The position numbers and the translations under genes were made by a program. Positions 9,184-18,175 of a DNA stretch of 64,000 nt are shown piece by piece; the stretch's first letter is position 1; each line of letters begins with the position of its first letter. Under the pieces are notes generated by a model. That model was not told the origin of the DNA. It searched no databases and worked only from the letters and a program-made list of their open reading frames with translations. The DNA comes from Planctomycetota bacterium (GTDB lineage Bacteria; Planctomycetota; JAJSAM01; JAJVHW01), in contig CBDFJG010000004.1 in assembly GCA_965248445.1 (NCBI GenBank), forward strand, positions 480,001-544,000. Reading direction: 5' to 3'.

Positions 9184-10397
9184 TTCTTGTCCTCCTCCTC
9201 AGGAGCTGGCGCGTACGCCGAAAACGTGGCACTCGGGACTCTCCCGATCAGCGGTTCGGTCACGGTCTCTGGTACGAGACCGGTCCGAATCGCGAGCGAG
9301 TCGGCGAGGTCGCGAATGCCCTCAGCCGTGATGCTGGCGCCGGGGAATGCCTCAGCGAGTTGCTGGTCACTCGCGCCGTCGGAGCGCAGCTGCGCGATCG
9401 TGCGCATGACGCCATGGGTGATCCGCGTGCTCGTCGTGGGGCGATATCCGAGGACCCTCCCGTTGCCGAGGTCGATCGGGCCGTCCTCCGCTGTCGTGCG
9501 CAGTTCCCGCTCGAGCGTTCCGATGCCCGCCTTCGCGGCCAGGAAGTAGAGCGCGCGCTGCTGGTCCGTGCCCTTCTCGGGCACACCCGCCGCCATGGCG
9601 GTCGTCCAGGCATCGCACGGAAAGAGAGCGCATGACGCGCCACACGCCGCCCCGATCGTCTGCGGGAACTCCCCCGCCGCGTGCGCTGCGATCATCCGCT
9701 CGCGACCCGACCGCAGGTAGACACGGGTCGCCTCCTCCCACGGGTCGCCGCGCTTCAGCACAACGGACGCCCGCTGGCCGACGCGTAGGTTCCATATCTC
9801 GAACTTGACCTCGGGCATGCCAGGGAGGGTCGCGAGGGCGGCGAAGCAGTAGATGCGCACCTGCCAGCGTCCGATCAGGCTGTCGTTCGCGATGCGCTGG
9901 AACCCGCTCTTGAGGTCGCGGACCAGGAGTTGCGGATCCTCGACCGTCTTGCCGGGCCAACGGAGGTAGTCGTATCGTCCGGCGTACGCGGCCCCCGGCG
10001 GATGCGGCTCCCCGCGCGCGTCAAGCGCGACGAAGTTCTCGTCCAGCGCCCAGGCCATCTCGACCCCGACGTCGTATCCGCGCGGCCACGACGCCCACGG
10101 GAACCCGTCCAGCGACGTCATATTGGTGACGACCTCAATGGCGGACATGAGCCCGTCGTCGCTCATCGGTTCCGGGCCGCGCTGCCACTGCTCCAGCGCC
10201 TCGATGCCAACCGCGCGCGCGTCTGCGTCTCGGTCCACCGCGAGCCGTTCCATGATGCGCTGCGCGGCCTCGTGGATCGCGGAGCCGCGCCGGAAGGGCT
10301 CGTAGCGCACGCGCATGTCGTGGACGTACTGCGCTTCGTAGGAAGCTGGACAGTCCATGTAGACAGCGACGCTCGACTGGTGGGCGACGACGGTCAC
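9132..10397 (-). CDS. PD-(D/E)XK (RecB/Cas4-like) exonuclease
   Basis: YMDCP, GSAIHEAA, VEM, AGRYD, VRDLKSG, QVRIY and a C-terminal CGASC...C. Confidence 0.8.
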   Translation of the reverse strand: MTVVAHQSSVAVYMDCPASYEAQYVHDMRVRYEPFRRGSAIHEAAQRIMERLAVDRDADARAVGIEALEQWQRGPEPMSDDGLMSAIEVVTNMTSLDGFPWASWPRGYDVGVEMAWALDENFVALDARGEPHPPGAAYAGRYDYLRWPGKTVEDPQLLVRDLKSGFQRIANDSLIGRWQVRIYCFAALATLPGMPEVKFEIWNLRVGQRASVVLKRGDPWEEATRVYLRSGRERMIAAHAAGEFPQTIGAACGASCALFPCDAWTTAMAAGVPEKGTDQQRALYFLAAKAGIGTLERELRTTAEDGPIDLGNGRVLGYRPTTSTRITHGVMRTIAQLRSDGASDQQLAEAFPGASITAEGIRDLADSLAIRTGLVPETVTEPLIGRVPSATFSAYAPAPEEEDKKCQRKPQSRSRSASAAP

Positions 10398-10852
10398 GGG
10401 AGGGCGGGCTCCATGCGCGCCGCCTTGGCGATTCGGTCGTAGGCCACGATGCTCCCCGCCGTCGCCACGTTCAGGCAGTACTCGCCCGGAAGCACGACCA
10501 GGTGGTGGCAACGCGCGAGGATCGACGGCGGGAGGCCGTGGTCCTCGGCGCCCAGGAGGTACGCGGCGCGCTCGGGGTGCTCGAACCTGCCGAGAGGCGT
10601 CGCCGCGTCGTGCAGTTCCACACCGACCAGCGGGCACGAGTACGGGAGCCCGTCAACGAGCGCGTCGATGTCGGGGTACTCGATGAGCGGGACGTGTCGC
10701 CACGCCTTCGTCGTGTCGCTCGACTGGCGGTCGTACCGCGCCCCCACCGTGAACAGGAGCGCCGCGCCGAAGGCATGCGCGGTACGCCAGAGCGTCCCGA
10801 TGTTCACGGCGTGCTTCGGGTGGTAGACGCCGACGGCGAAGAACCCCCGCAT
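10394..10852 (-). CDS. SpoU/TrmH family RNA 2'-O-methyltransferase
   Basis: NIGTLWRTAHAFG, LLGAEDHGL, CLNVATAGSI SPOUT motifs. Confidence 0.9.
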   Translation of the reverse strand: MRGFFAVGVYHPKHAVNIGTLWRTAHAFGAALLFTVGARYDRQSSDTTKAWRHVPLIEYPDIDALVDGLPYSCPLVGVELHDAATPLGRFEHPERAAYLLGAEDHGLPPSILARCHHLVVLPGEYCLNVATAGSIVAYDRIAKAARMEPALP

Positions 10853-11721
10853 CAGTACGCAGGCGCGTCCGGGTCGAAGTCGAGGTCGAGTGGAGCGCCG
10901 AGCTCCTGGGCCGCCTCCCCTGGATCTGGCGCGGCTGGAGGCGGCAGGCTCTCGCCGCTCTCCGCGACTCCGGGCGCAAGTGGACCCGTTGGCGCCGCAC
11001 CCGGCTCCTCGTCGGCAGACGCGACGTGTTCCTGCGTGGAAGACCTGTCAGCCTCCTCGCTCGCTGTCGGGTTGACAGCCGCCTCGTCCGCCGACGCGAT
11101 GCCAGACATCTCGATCACGGGCGTGACGTCCACGGGGACGGTCTTCACGTCCGGCTCCGCGGGCACTCCGTCGCGCGATCCGATGCCGCGCGCCTCGTCC
11201 TCGTCCATGACGTAGATTCCGAAACACCGGCGGATGCCCTGGGACGCCGCCTTGTGCGCGAGCATCCGGGCGGGGTGCGAGTTCCACGGTCCGGTGTCGA
11301 GGTAGCACTCGGAGTACCACTCGCGCCACACGAACGGGCCGAGACCGGCCGCCGTCCGCTTGTGCGTGTGAATGCGGATCTCCGCCCACTTCCCGCGCGT
11401 CTCGTGTTCGCCGTCCGCCTCGTCGTGCGCGATGTAGTCCGGGTTGGCGTGCATGAGATGGAGCCAGCCGTCCACCGGGATCACGATCTGCACGCCCTTC
11501 TTCGTGGGCATGGTGTAAATCTGACGAAGGATCGGGTTCAGCCCGTGCTCCTTCGCGACCATCAGCAGGCCCATGAAGTGTGCGTTGTCGGCACCCTTGC
11601 AGCCGCACATCGACTTGATCGCGGAGAGGTACGCGCCGGGCTCCATGTCGTGCGCCGCCGCCATCGAGACGACGAGTGAGAGCTTCTCGGGGGTCTTCGC
11701 CTTGGCGAGTTCGGTGGTCAT
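10852..11721 (-). CDS. Bet/RecT family single-strand annealing recombinase
   Basis: EHGLNPILRQIY, IPVDGW, ECY, PWNSHPARMLAHKAASQGIRRCFG, DEDEA. Confidence 0.88.
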   Translation of the reverse strand: MTTELAKAKTPEKLSLVVSMAAAHDMEPGAYLSAIKSMCGCKGADNAHFMGLLMVAKEHGLNPILRQIYTMPTKKGVQIVIPVDGWLHLMHANPDYIAHDEADGEHETRGKWAEIRIHTHKRTAAGLGPFVWREWYSECYLDTGPWNSHPARMLAHKAASQGIRRCFGIYVMDEDEARGIGSRDGVPAEPDVKTVPVDVTPVIEMSGIASADEAAVNPTASEEADRSSTQEHVASADEEPGAAPTGPLAPGVAESGESLPPPAAPDPGEAAQELGAPLDLDFDPDAPAY

Positions 11722-13007
11722 GCGCTCACCGCTTCCCGAACCGCGCCTTCCACGATCTCGACGCACCCGGGCACGTCCGTCGCCACGCGCTCGACCCAGA
11801 GCTGCAGGCCCTCCTCACGCGCGAACGCGAGGATCTCCGCCATCGACGCCGGATCCAGCGCGTTGCCGTCACGCACCAGGACAACACGCAGCCGGCCGGC
11901 CATCGCCGCCGCGACGCGGACCGACGCGCGGATCTGCTCTGACGTCGAAGCCGCCGCGAAGGGGCGTCCGTTGAGCAACACCCCGTCCTCGTCGATCGCG
12001 AGCCCCTCCGCGGGCAGCGCGACGGACGCGAGCACTTCGGCCTTCTTGGCGTCGAGCGACGCGATCGTGTCCGTGAGTGACCTCACCGAGGCGCTGAGTC
12101 GCCCGTGACGCTCTTGGTTGTCCACGAGGACCCGGTTGTCGGACTCCGCCTGGGCCGCGCCCTCGTTCGCGGACGAGGCCGACGAGATGCTCTCGCGGAG
12201 CGCGTCGACGTCGAGCGCCTCGCCGTTCTCGGCCAAGTACGCCTCTGCTCGAGCGATCCGGTCCTCCTGCTCCTGCGCCTTGTCCTGCAGGCGCTCGATC
12301 TGGCTCTCGATCTCGGTGATCGTCTCGCGGGCGTTGGTGATCGCTTTCTCCGCCTCGGCGCGACGCGATGTCACGTGCTCGGCGGACTGCAGCGCCGCAA
12401 TCTGGGCGTCGACGTCCACGCGCGCCGGCACCTCGACGGGGACGCGCCCGTCGGTGAGCGCGCTCGCTTCCTTGAGCGCCCGCGAGACGTTCGTCCGCTC
12501 CGCGAACACCTCGTCGCGCTCGCGCTTCCACGCCTCGAGGTCGATCGGCAGAGGAGCGATCTCAGCCAGCATCCGCAGGCGTTCCTTATCCGCAGCCGCA
12601 GCGGTCTTCGCGCCCGGCGGCTGAGCGAATTCGACCGGATCGATGCACGCACCGAGGAGCTGGTCGATCACGCGCTGCGGCTTCCCCTGCCGAACCCCGT
12701 CCGCGTTCTTGACGAACAGCTTCTCGCGGCCATCGACGAACAGCTTCTCGATCACGAGCTCCGGTCCGTCGGGGCCACCGAGCGTCAACGTGAACGCACC
12801 GTTCTTCGCGCCGTCCCTGATCGGACGAGCTGGCGCCGCGCTGGATCCACCAAGCGCCGAGTCGATGGCTCGTATCACGCTGGTCTTCCCCTGACCGTTG
12901 CTGCCGCTCAGGACAACGGAGTCACCGCTCGGCTCCAGCTGCACGGCCGTCAGCCGACAGAAGTCGCGGGCCGTCAGTTCCAGGATCGTCATGGGTTGCT
13001 CGCTCAC
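11718..13007 (-). CDS. Phage SMC/SbcC-like AAA ATPase
   Basis: Walker A GSNGQGKT, central coiled coil, ASTSEQ signature, VLVRDGNALD. Confidence 0.85.
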   Translation of the reverse strand: MSEQPMTILELTARDFCRLTAVQLEPSGDSVVLSGSNGQGKTSVIRAIDSALGGSSAAPARPIRDGAKNGAFTLTLGGPDGPELVIEKLFVDGREKLFVKNADGVRQGKPQRVIDQLLGACIDPVEFAQPPGAKTAAAADKERLRMLAEIAPLPIDLEAWKRERDEVFAERTNVSRALKEASALTDGRVPVEVPARVDVDAQIAALQSAEHVTSRRAEAEKAITNARETITEIESQIERLQDKAQEQEDRIARAEAYLAENGEALDVDALRESISSASSANEGAAQAESDNRVLVDNQERHGRLSASVRSLTDTIASLDAKKAEVLASVALPAEGLAIDEDGVLLNGRPFAAASTSEQIRASVRVAAAMAGRLRVVLVRDGNALDPASMAEILAFAREEGLQLWVERVATDVPGCVEIVEGAVREAVSA

Positions 13008-13321
13008 GGTGTCTCTCCCGGTTTCCAAGTCATTGCCTTCGACTTCATCACCCGGCACTCGCGCACCGGACCGTTCACGACGAGCCCCAGTTCCCGCAGC
13101 TCCGGCAGGCGGCGCGACGGCGCGTGTCGTTCCATCTCGACGCCCTTCGCGATCTCCGCCGCTGTGCGTCCCGGGTGCGCGGTCACCCACGCGAGGATGG
13201 TCTCCCGCTGACGTGCTGCGCGTCCGCGCGCCTTGTTGGCGGCGAGGTGGCTCGTGAGATTGTCTGTCGCTCGTGCCCGTGGAGACGGGGGCGTGTCGAA
13301 GAGGGACCGCTGACGGATCAC
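13004..13321 (-). CDS. Winged-helix DNA-binding phage protein
   Basis: RARATDNLTSHLAA...TAAEIA...RRLPELRELGLV. Confidence 0.7.
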   Translation of the reverse strand: MIRQRSLFDTPPSPRARATDNLTSHLAANKARGRAARQRETILAWVTAHPGRTAAEIAKGVEMERHAPSRRLPELRELGLVVNGPVRECRVMKSKAMTWKPGETP

Positions 13322-13938
13322 GCGATGTGCTCCCATCGCTTCCGCAGGACGATCTTGCTAATCGCTCCGTGCCACACCCCGTACCTCTCCGCAAGGCGCT
13401 GCTGCGTGCCCCTGGGAGCGCCCGGCCCGCACACGCGGCGGATGTAGCGAACATTGTCAGCGGTGAACTTCGCGTGGCAATGCCGCTCTCCGCGCTGTGA
13501 CCGACCACGCTCCACCATGCCGCGGAGGTTGTCGGCTGGCGTACCGACGACGAGGTGCGCTGGGTTCACGCAGGGCGGGTTGTCGCATTGGTGACACACG
13601 AAGAAGCCCGGCACGACTGTCGCGCGATGATGCAGCTCCCACGAGACAACATGGGCACCCGCATTCGTTCGGCAGTTGCGGCGAGACGATGCGTTGATCC
13701 GTCCGTACCCTGCGGGCTGCCGCGAGCCCGTCCACAGCCAGCACTCGTCGGGGGCGGCGCGCTCAACCTTGTCCCAGAAGCGTTCCTCGAACGTCGGCCG
13801 CGCGCGTCGGGGGCAAGCGCACATCCATCGGTACTGACGTTGCCCCTGCCGGACGCCACTGGACCGCTGCGACACTCCGCAATGGGGGCACGCAGCCGGT
13901 CCGTTGTCGATCTTGGACGGGACGCGGGGCCTGCTCAT
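13318..13938 (-). CDS. HNH endonuclease
   Basis: ERFWDKV, CWLWTG, GYG, AHVVSW, VCHQCDNPPCVNPAHL...N; C-terminal HTH. Confidence 0.9.
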   Translation of the reverse strand: MSRPRVPSKIDNGPAACPHCGVSQRSSGVRQGQRQYRWMCACPRRARPTFEERFWDKVERAAPDECWLWTGSRQPAGYGRINASSRRNCRTNAGAHVVSWELHHRATVVPGFFVCHQCDNPPCVNPAHLVVGTPADNLRGMVERGRSQRGERHCHAKFTADNVRYIRRVCGPGAPRGTQQRLAERYGVWHGAISKIVLRKRWEHIA

Positions 13939-14177
13939 GCGCCACACCCGCACGGCGTCCCGCATGGCGGCTCGCCCGTCTGCTGACTCATCCTGATCTC
14001 GTCTGCGGTCGGCGGGACCTCGCCCGTGCCCCGGCACGCCTCGCAGTAGCCGTGCGCCGCTGCGATCTCGGGGTGCGCGTCCTTGCAGGCGTCGAGCACG
14101 TCGACTAGGACGCGCCGGTTCTTGACCGTCCCGTCAGCCAGCGTGAGGCGAGCGGCGATGAACTCGCGGTGGTTCAC
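13935..14177 (-). CDS. Small Cys-rich hypothetical phage protein
   Basis: CEACRGTG and CGTPCGC; overlapping start and stop codons. Confidence 0.45.
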   Translation of the reverse strand: MNHREFIAARLTLADGTVKNRRVLVDVLDACKDAHPEIAAAHGYCEACRGTGEVPPTADEIRMSQQTGEPPCGTPCGCGA

Positions 14178-14331
14178 GACTCGCCTCGGCGCGCGTACTC
14201 CTCGCGCAGAATGACCCCGGCGACAAGATCCAGCCCTGCGCTTGGGTCTCCGGCCCCGTGTCCGACGCGGCACGACACTTCCGACTTGAGGCGAAGCGCC
14301 GCCCGCGCGATCCACTCACGAACTCGACGAG

Positions 14332-15624
14332 ATGCGCGACCGGCTCGACAAGATGACGGACGAGTCCGAGCGCCTGCGCGACAACGTCATCGAGGCTGTC
14401 GTCGACCGCCTCGTCAAGACGCGCGCAAAAGCGGACGAGGGCATCGTCGAGCGCATCGAGTCGCGGATCGAGGACCTCGGCGAGCGCCTCACGGATCTCG
14501 CCAAGCAGGCCGCGAAGCGCGAGAGCGCGGGCGGCACGGCCCTCGACGACCACATGCGTGACATCGACGAGCGGTTCGCCGCGGTCGAGCGCGCCTCCGA
14601 GAAGGTGAAGGAAGACGCGGTCGCAACGCTCATCGACCGGATGGCGGACCGCGACGCGGGCGTCGAGAAGATCTTCGCGGAGAACCTGGTCACGCAGCTC
14701 GACACGGTGACGTCAAAGATCGAGTCGCTCGAGGAGCGTCTCTCCGCAGCAGGTGGCGACGAGCAGGAGAAGGTGCGCGTCGCGATTGAGGAGCTGACCT
14801 CGGCCGCGAAGGAGAGCGACGAGTCCGTGCAGAGCTTCGTCTCGGCACAGCTGGAAGAGACGCACGCCGAACTCCTCACGGAGCTGAACGAGCGGTTCAA
14901 CAAGCGCGACACGGATCTCTCCGCGTCGTTCCGCGACAACTTCGACGAAGTCCGCAGTTCGGTGGACGAGTTGGCGTCGCGGACGTCTGCGCAGCTCGCC
15001 GCCATGCAGGTGAGCCTCGCATCGGGTGTCGACTCGCTTCGTGACGAGAAGGGCTCGGGCGTGAACGTCGACCTCGTCGAGGCCCTCGAGTCGCGCGTCT
15101 TCACGCCGCTGAACGAGAAGGTCTCGGATCTCCGAGAGCAGGTCGACTCGCGGCACGAGGACGCGCTCAGCGCCGTGGCCGCCGCGGACGAGCGCGGCAA
15201 CGCGCTCGCCGAACGGCTCGAACAACTCGCCGAGTCCTTCGCCGGTCTCGCTAACCGCGTGGACGAGAACGCGGCAGCGCAGACACGCGCACTGGAGACG
15301 CTCGGCGAGCGTCTCACCGCCAGTTCGAGCGACGCTGCGGAGGCGCAACAGGCGCAGTTCTCCGCCGCGCTCGAACAGGCCCTCGACAAGATCGAGAAGA
15401 CAATGCACTCGGCGACAGCCAAGCCCATCGAGATCTCGGCCGAAGCCACCGACGTGCTGCTGAACAAGATCTTCGACGCCGGCGACGTGGAGCTGAGGAG
15501 CAACCTCGATCAGCTCGACGTCGACACGAGCAAGACAACCAGCGTGAAGAAGAACCTCGGACGTCTCCGGAACCTGCGCAACGCCAAGGCCGCGCAGAAC
15601 AACGGAACCGACGACGAGTCCTAA
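14332..15624 (+). CDS. Acidic coiled-coil protein, probably 5'-truncated
   Basis: All-helical and E/D/A/L-rich. No RBS. Coding-like codons begin at ~14317 and there is an in-frame stop at 14287. Confidence 0.75.
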   Translation: MRDRLDKMTDESERLRDNVIEAVVDRLVKTRAKADEGIVERIESRIEDLGERLTDLAKQAAKRESAGGTALDDHMRDIDERFAAVERASEKVKEDAVATLIDRMADRDAGVEKIFAENLVTQLDTVTSKIESLEERLSAAGGDEQEKVRVAIEELTSAAKESDESVQSFVSAQLEETHAELLTELNERFNKRDTDLSASFRDNFDEVRSSVDELASRTSAQLAAMQVSLASGVDSLRDEKGSGVNVDLVEALESRVFTPLNEKVSDLREQVDSRHEDALSAVAAADERGNALAERLEQLAESFAGLANRVDENAAAQTRALETLGERLTASSSDAAEAQQAQFSAALEQALDKIEKTMHSATAKPIEISAEATDVLLNKIFDAGDVELRSNLDQLDVDTSKTTSVKKNLGRLRNLRNAKAAQNNGTDDES

Positions 15625-15683
15625 CTAGCCCAAAACTGCTGCGGTTTGCCGGACGATGAAGCCGGCTGGGAGGAGCGAGCAAG

Positions 15684-16895
15684 ATGACACCTGACCCCAA
15701 CACTCACCGATATGAGGAACCCGGAACCGCGACGACCACGCCGCGGGCCGCCGTGGCTCCGCCGGCGCCGCCGCCGGAGGCGACGACCGTACCGATCGCG
15801 TCCAACGGACAGCCGCCTGCCGTGGCGGCCGCGCCGCCGGCGCCGAGCCGCGTAACGATCCACCAGGACGCCCACGTCACCGCCGCGCCGAAGGGCGTTG
15901 CACTGGGCCGCGGCCTGGATGTCGGCACCGCGAACCTGCTCGCGTGCCGCGAGGGCAATAAGGGCGAGCTCGTGGTCCAGAGAGAGCGCAACGCGTTCCT
16001 CGAGATCCCGAGTGAGTTCGTCGGCAGCCACGAGATGCTGACCAAGCTGAATGTGCCATACGTCCAGTTCAAGGACCGCCTTTACGTGATCGGCGACGCG
16101 TCGTTCAACCTCGCGAACATGTTCGCCCGCGAAGTGCGCCGCCCCATGGCGGACGGCTTCCTCTCGCCGGCGGAACAGGACGCGATCCCGATGTTGAAGT
16201 TCATCGTGCACCGCCTGCTCGGCGAGCCCAGCACGCCCGGAGAGCACGTGTGCTTCTGCATCCCGGCGGAGTCGATCGACAAGGCGAACGACACCGTCTA
16301 TCACGAGGGCATCGTGTCGGGCATCCTCAGGAAGCTCGGCTACACGCCGCAGCCGATGAACGAAGCGCACGCGATCGTGTACAGCTCGCTCGCGGAGCAG
16401 GACTTCACCGGTATCGGTGTGTCCTGCGGCGGCGGCATGTTCAACGTGTGTGTCTCGTACCGCACGATCCCCGCGCTGACGTTCTCCGTCGCGCGCGGTG
16501 GCGACTGGATCGACACGAGCGTCTCCCGCGTCATGGGCATCCCCAGGACGCGCGCCACGGCGATCAAGGAGAACAACGTCGACCTGCGCGAGCCGAAATC
16601 GCGCGAAGAGGAAGCGGTCGTTCTCTACTACCGCAACCTCATCCAGTACGTCCTCACGAACCTCAAGCAGCGCTTCGCGCTCGCTCGCGACGTGCCGCAG
16701 TTCGAGGCGCCCGTCGAGGTCGTCGTAGCCGGTGGCACCAGCCTGGTCGGAGGCTTCGTAGAGGTCTTCGCCGAGGAGTTGCAGAAGGTGGATCTCCCGA
16801 TCCCCATCGCCGGCGTGCGCCGTGCCGACGACGCCATCTCGGCCGTCGTCCGCGGATGCCTGATCGCCGCGAACCTGAGTTCCGACGAAGACTAG
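15684..16895 (+). CDS. Actin-like ATPase, volactin-like
   Basis: GLDVGT phosphate-1, RNAFLEI, RRPM, NEAHAIVYS, GIGVSCGGGMFNVC, FSVARGGDWID, VVAGGTS, VVRGCLIAA. Pro/Ala-rich N-terminus. Confidence 0.85.
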   Translation: MTPDPNTHRYEEPGTATTTPRAAVAPPAPPPEATTVPIASNGQPPAVAAAPPAPSRVTIHQDAHVTAAPKGVALGRGLDVGTANLLACREGNKGELVVQRERNAFLEIPSEFVGSHEMLTKLNVPYVQFKDRLYVIGDASFNLANMFAREVRRPMADGFLSPAEQDAIPMLKFIVHRLLGEPSTPGEHVCFCIPAESIDKANDTVYHEGIVSGILRKLGYTPQPMNEAHAIVYSSLAEQDFTGIGVSCGGGMFNVCVSYRTIPALTFSVARGGDWIDTSVSRVMGIPRTRATAIKENNVDLREPKSREEEAVVLYYRNLIQYVLTNLKQRFALARDVPQFEAPVEVVVAGGTSLVGGFVEVFAEELQKVDLPIPIAGVRRADDAISAVVRGCLIAANLSSDED

Positions 16896-16915
16896 CCAAG
16901 TCTCGAGAGCGCGAC

Positions 16916-16939
16916 GCCGGCGTCCTTCGGGACGTCGGC
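16916..16939 (+). terminator. Strong hairpin after the actin gene
   Basis: GCCGGCGTCC-TTCG-GGACGTCGGC: 10-bp stem, cUUCGg loop, no U tract. Confidence 0.5.
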
Positions 16940-17023
16940 CCGCGCAGCTCGTTCCACCCGCGGTCCGCCCGTTGAAGCCAAGCGCATCCGCGTTCGGTGG
17001 AGGGCGGGCCGCACCTGATTCCC

Positions 17024-17059
17024 GCCATACCGAGACCGGTACCAATCGGCGCACGGTGT
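17024..17059 (+). repeat. Left 36-bp inverted repeat of the RAYT element
   Basis: GCCATACCGAGACCGGTACCAATCGGCGCACGGTGT, the exact reverse complement of 18140-18175. Confidence 0.95.
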
Positions 17060-17082
17060 CCCCGGACGCCGCGTCCGGGAGT

Positions 17083-18096
17083 TCAGCGGCCCGGCACGTC
17101 CCAGTCGCGGTGGACGCTCTCGGTCACGCACGCCGCCGCGAGCGCCACATAGTCAGGTCTGCATCGCAACGCCAGGCGGTGCGAGTCCAGCAGACCACGG
17201 GCGGTGGATCGCGTCATCCGCAGCAGCGCGGCAATCTCCATGAGCGACAGGCTCGCGAGCGAACGCAGCAATCCGACAGCCAGCAAGTCCGCCGGATCGC
17301 GTGAGCGGGCGCCTGGTGCCGTTCGAATCGCGTCGAGCCCGTGCGCACGCTCCGTCACTACTGCGACAACTGTCCGCGAGTGAGCGACGGGAAGTCCCGG
17401 CTGTGTCCCGTCAGCCAGCGCGGTCTTGCGGCGCATCCACTCGATCGCTCTCCCGTCAGCACCGTCGAGGAGGTCGACGAGCGGATCGTCCTGCCCGTCA
17501 CGAGCCAGAAGGCGTCGATCGACCAGCGCCTCCTGCTCGGGAGTGAGCCGTGCGCCGAACACCGACTCGTAGTCCTGACTGCAGTAACTGGTCGAACCTC
17601 GAGCCCTCATCACGCGCGTCGCGACCTCCCCGTGGCTCAGCCACTTCGGTCGGCCTCCGCAACGGTAGAACCGCGCGCTTCCCCACGGGTAGGCCGACGC
17701 ATCGCTGACGAGCCCCGCGGAGACGGCGTTTCCATCGATGTACCGGATCAGCGTGTGCATGTAGGCGTCGGATTGCACACGCTTGGAACGGAAGCGACCG
17801 CGGAACAGCGGTCCATCGCGGCGCCTCTCTCTGTTGAACCGACGGGCGTACGCGTTCTGAACGCGCCTCATGCCACGCCACATCGAACCAGTGGGGCTCC
17901 GAACCAGCAGGTGGAAGTGCGTTGTCAGGAGGCAGTACGCGTGGATCTCGAGCGATCCGCCACGCACCGCACGCGCCAAGCAGGCGAGGAAGTACCGGCA
18001 GTCGCTGCGTCGTTCGAACAGTGTCCGCTTCGCGACACCGCGGTTGTAGACGTGGTGGAATGCGAAGGGCTCGTCGTGTCGCGCGCGCTGTGCCAT
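17083..18096 (-). CDS. REP-associated tyrosine (Y1/HUH) transposase with C-terminal HTH
   Basis: FHHVYNRG, YCLLTTHFHLL (HUH), RDGPLFRGRF, RYIDGN, YPWGS. Confidence 0.92.
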   Translation of the reverse strand: MAQRARHDEPFAFHHVYNRGVAKRTLFERRSDCRYFLACLARAVRGGSLEIHAYCLLTTHFHLLVRSPTGSMWRGMRRVQNAYARRFNRERRRDGPLFRGRFRSKRVQSDAYMHTLIRYIDGNAVSAGLVSDASAYPWGSARFYRCGGRPKWLSHGEVATRVMRARGSTSYCSQDYESVFGARLTPEQEALVDRRLLARDGQDDPLVDLLDGADGRAIEWMRRKTALADGTQPGLPVAHSRTVVAVVTERAHGLDAIRTAPGARSRDPADLLAVGLLRSLASLSLMEIAALLRMTRSTARGLLDSHRLALRCRPDYVALAAACVTESVHRDWDVPGR

Positions 18097-18139
18097 CGGC
18101 TCCTGCGGTGACGAGGACGCAGGAGTGAGCGCGCGGGTT

Positions 18140-18175
18140 ACACCGTGCGCCGATTGGTACCGGTCTCGGTATGGC
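18140..18175 (-). repeat. Right 36-bp inverted repeat of the RAYT element
   Basis: Exact reverse complement of 17024-17059. Confidence 0.95.

Larger units (their letters stand above)
1..14315. mobile_element. Partial prophage (tail, moron, lysis-like and recombination modules)
   Basis: Tightly coupled ORFs with ATGA/GTGA overlaps. + strand: tail and holin-like genes. - strand: RusA, Bet/RecT, nuclease, AAA ATPase, HNH. Left end lies outside the window; right end is abrupt. Confidence 0.9.

Noticed and set aside
9132..10397. CRISPR Cas4
   Set aside because: Context is a phage recombination module, so an exonuclease partner of Bet/RecT is more parsimonious.
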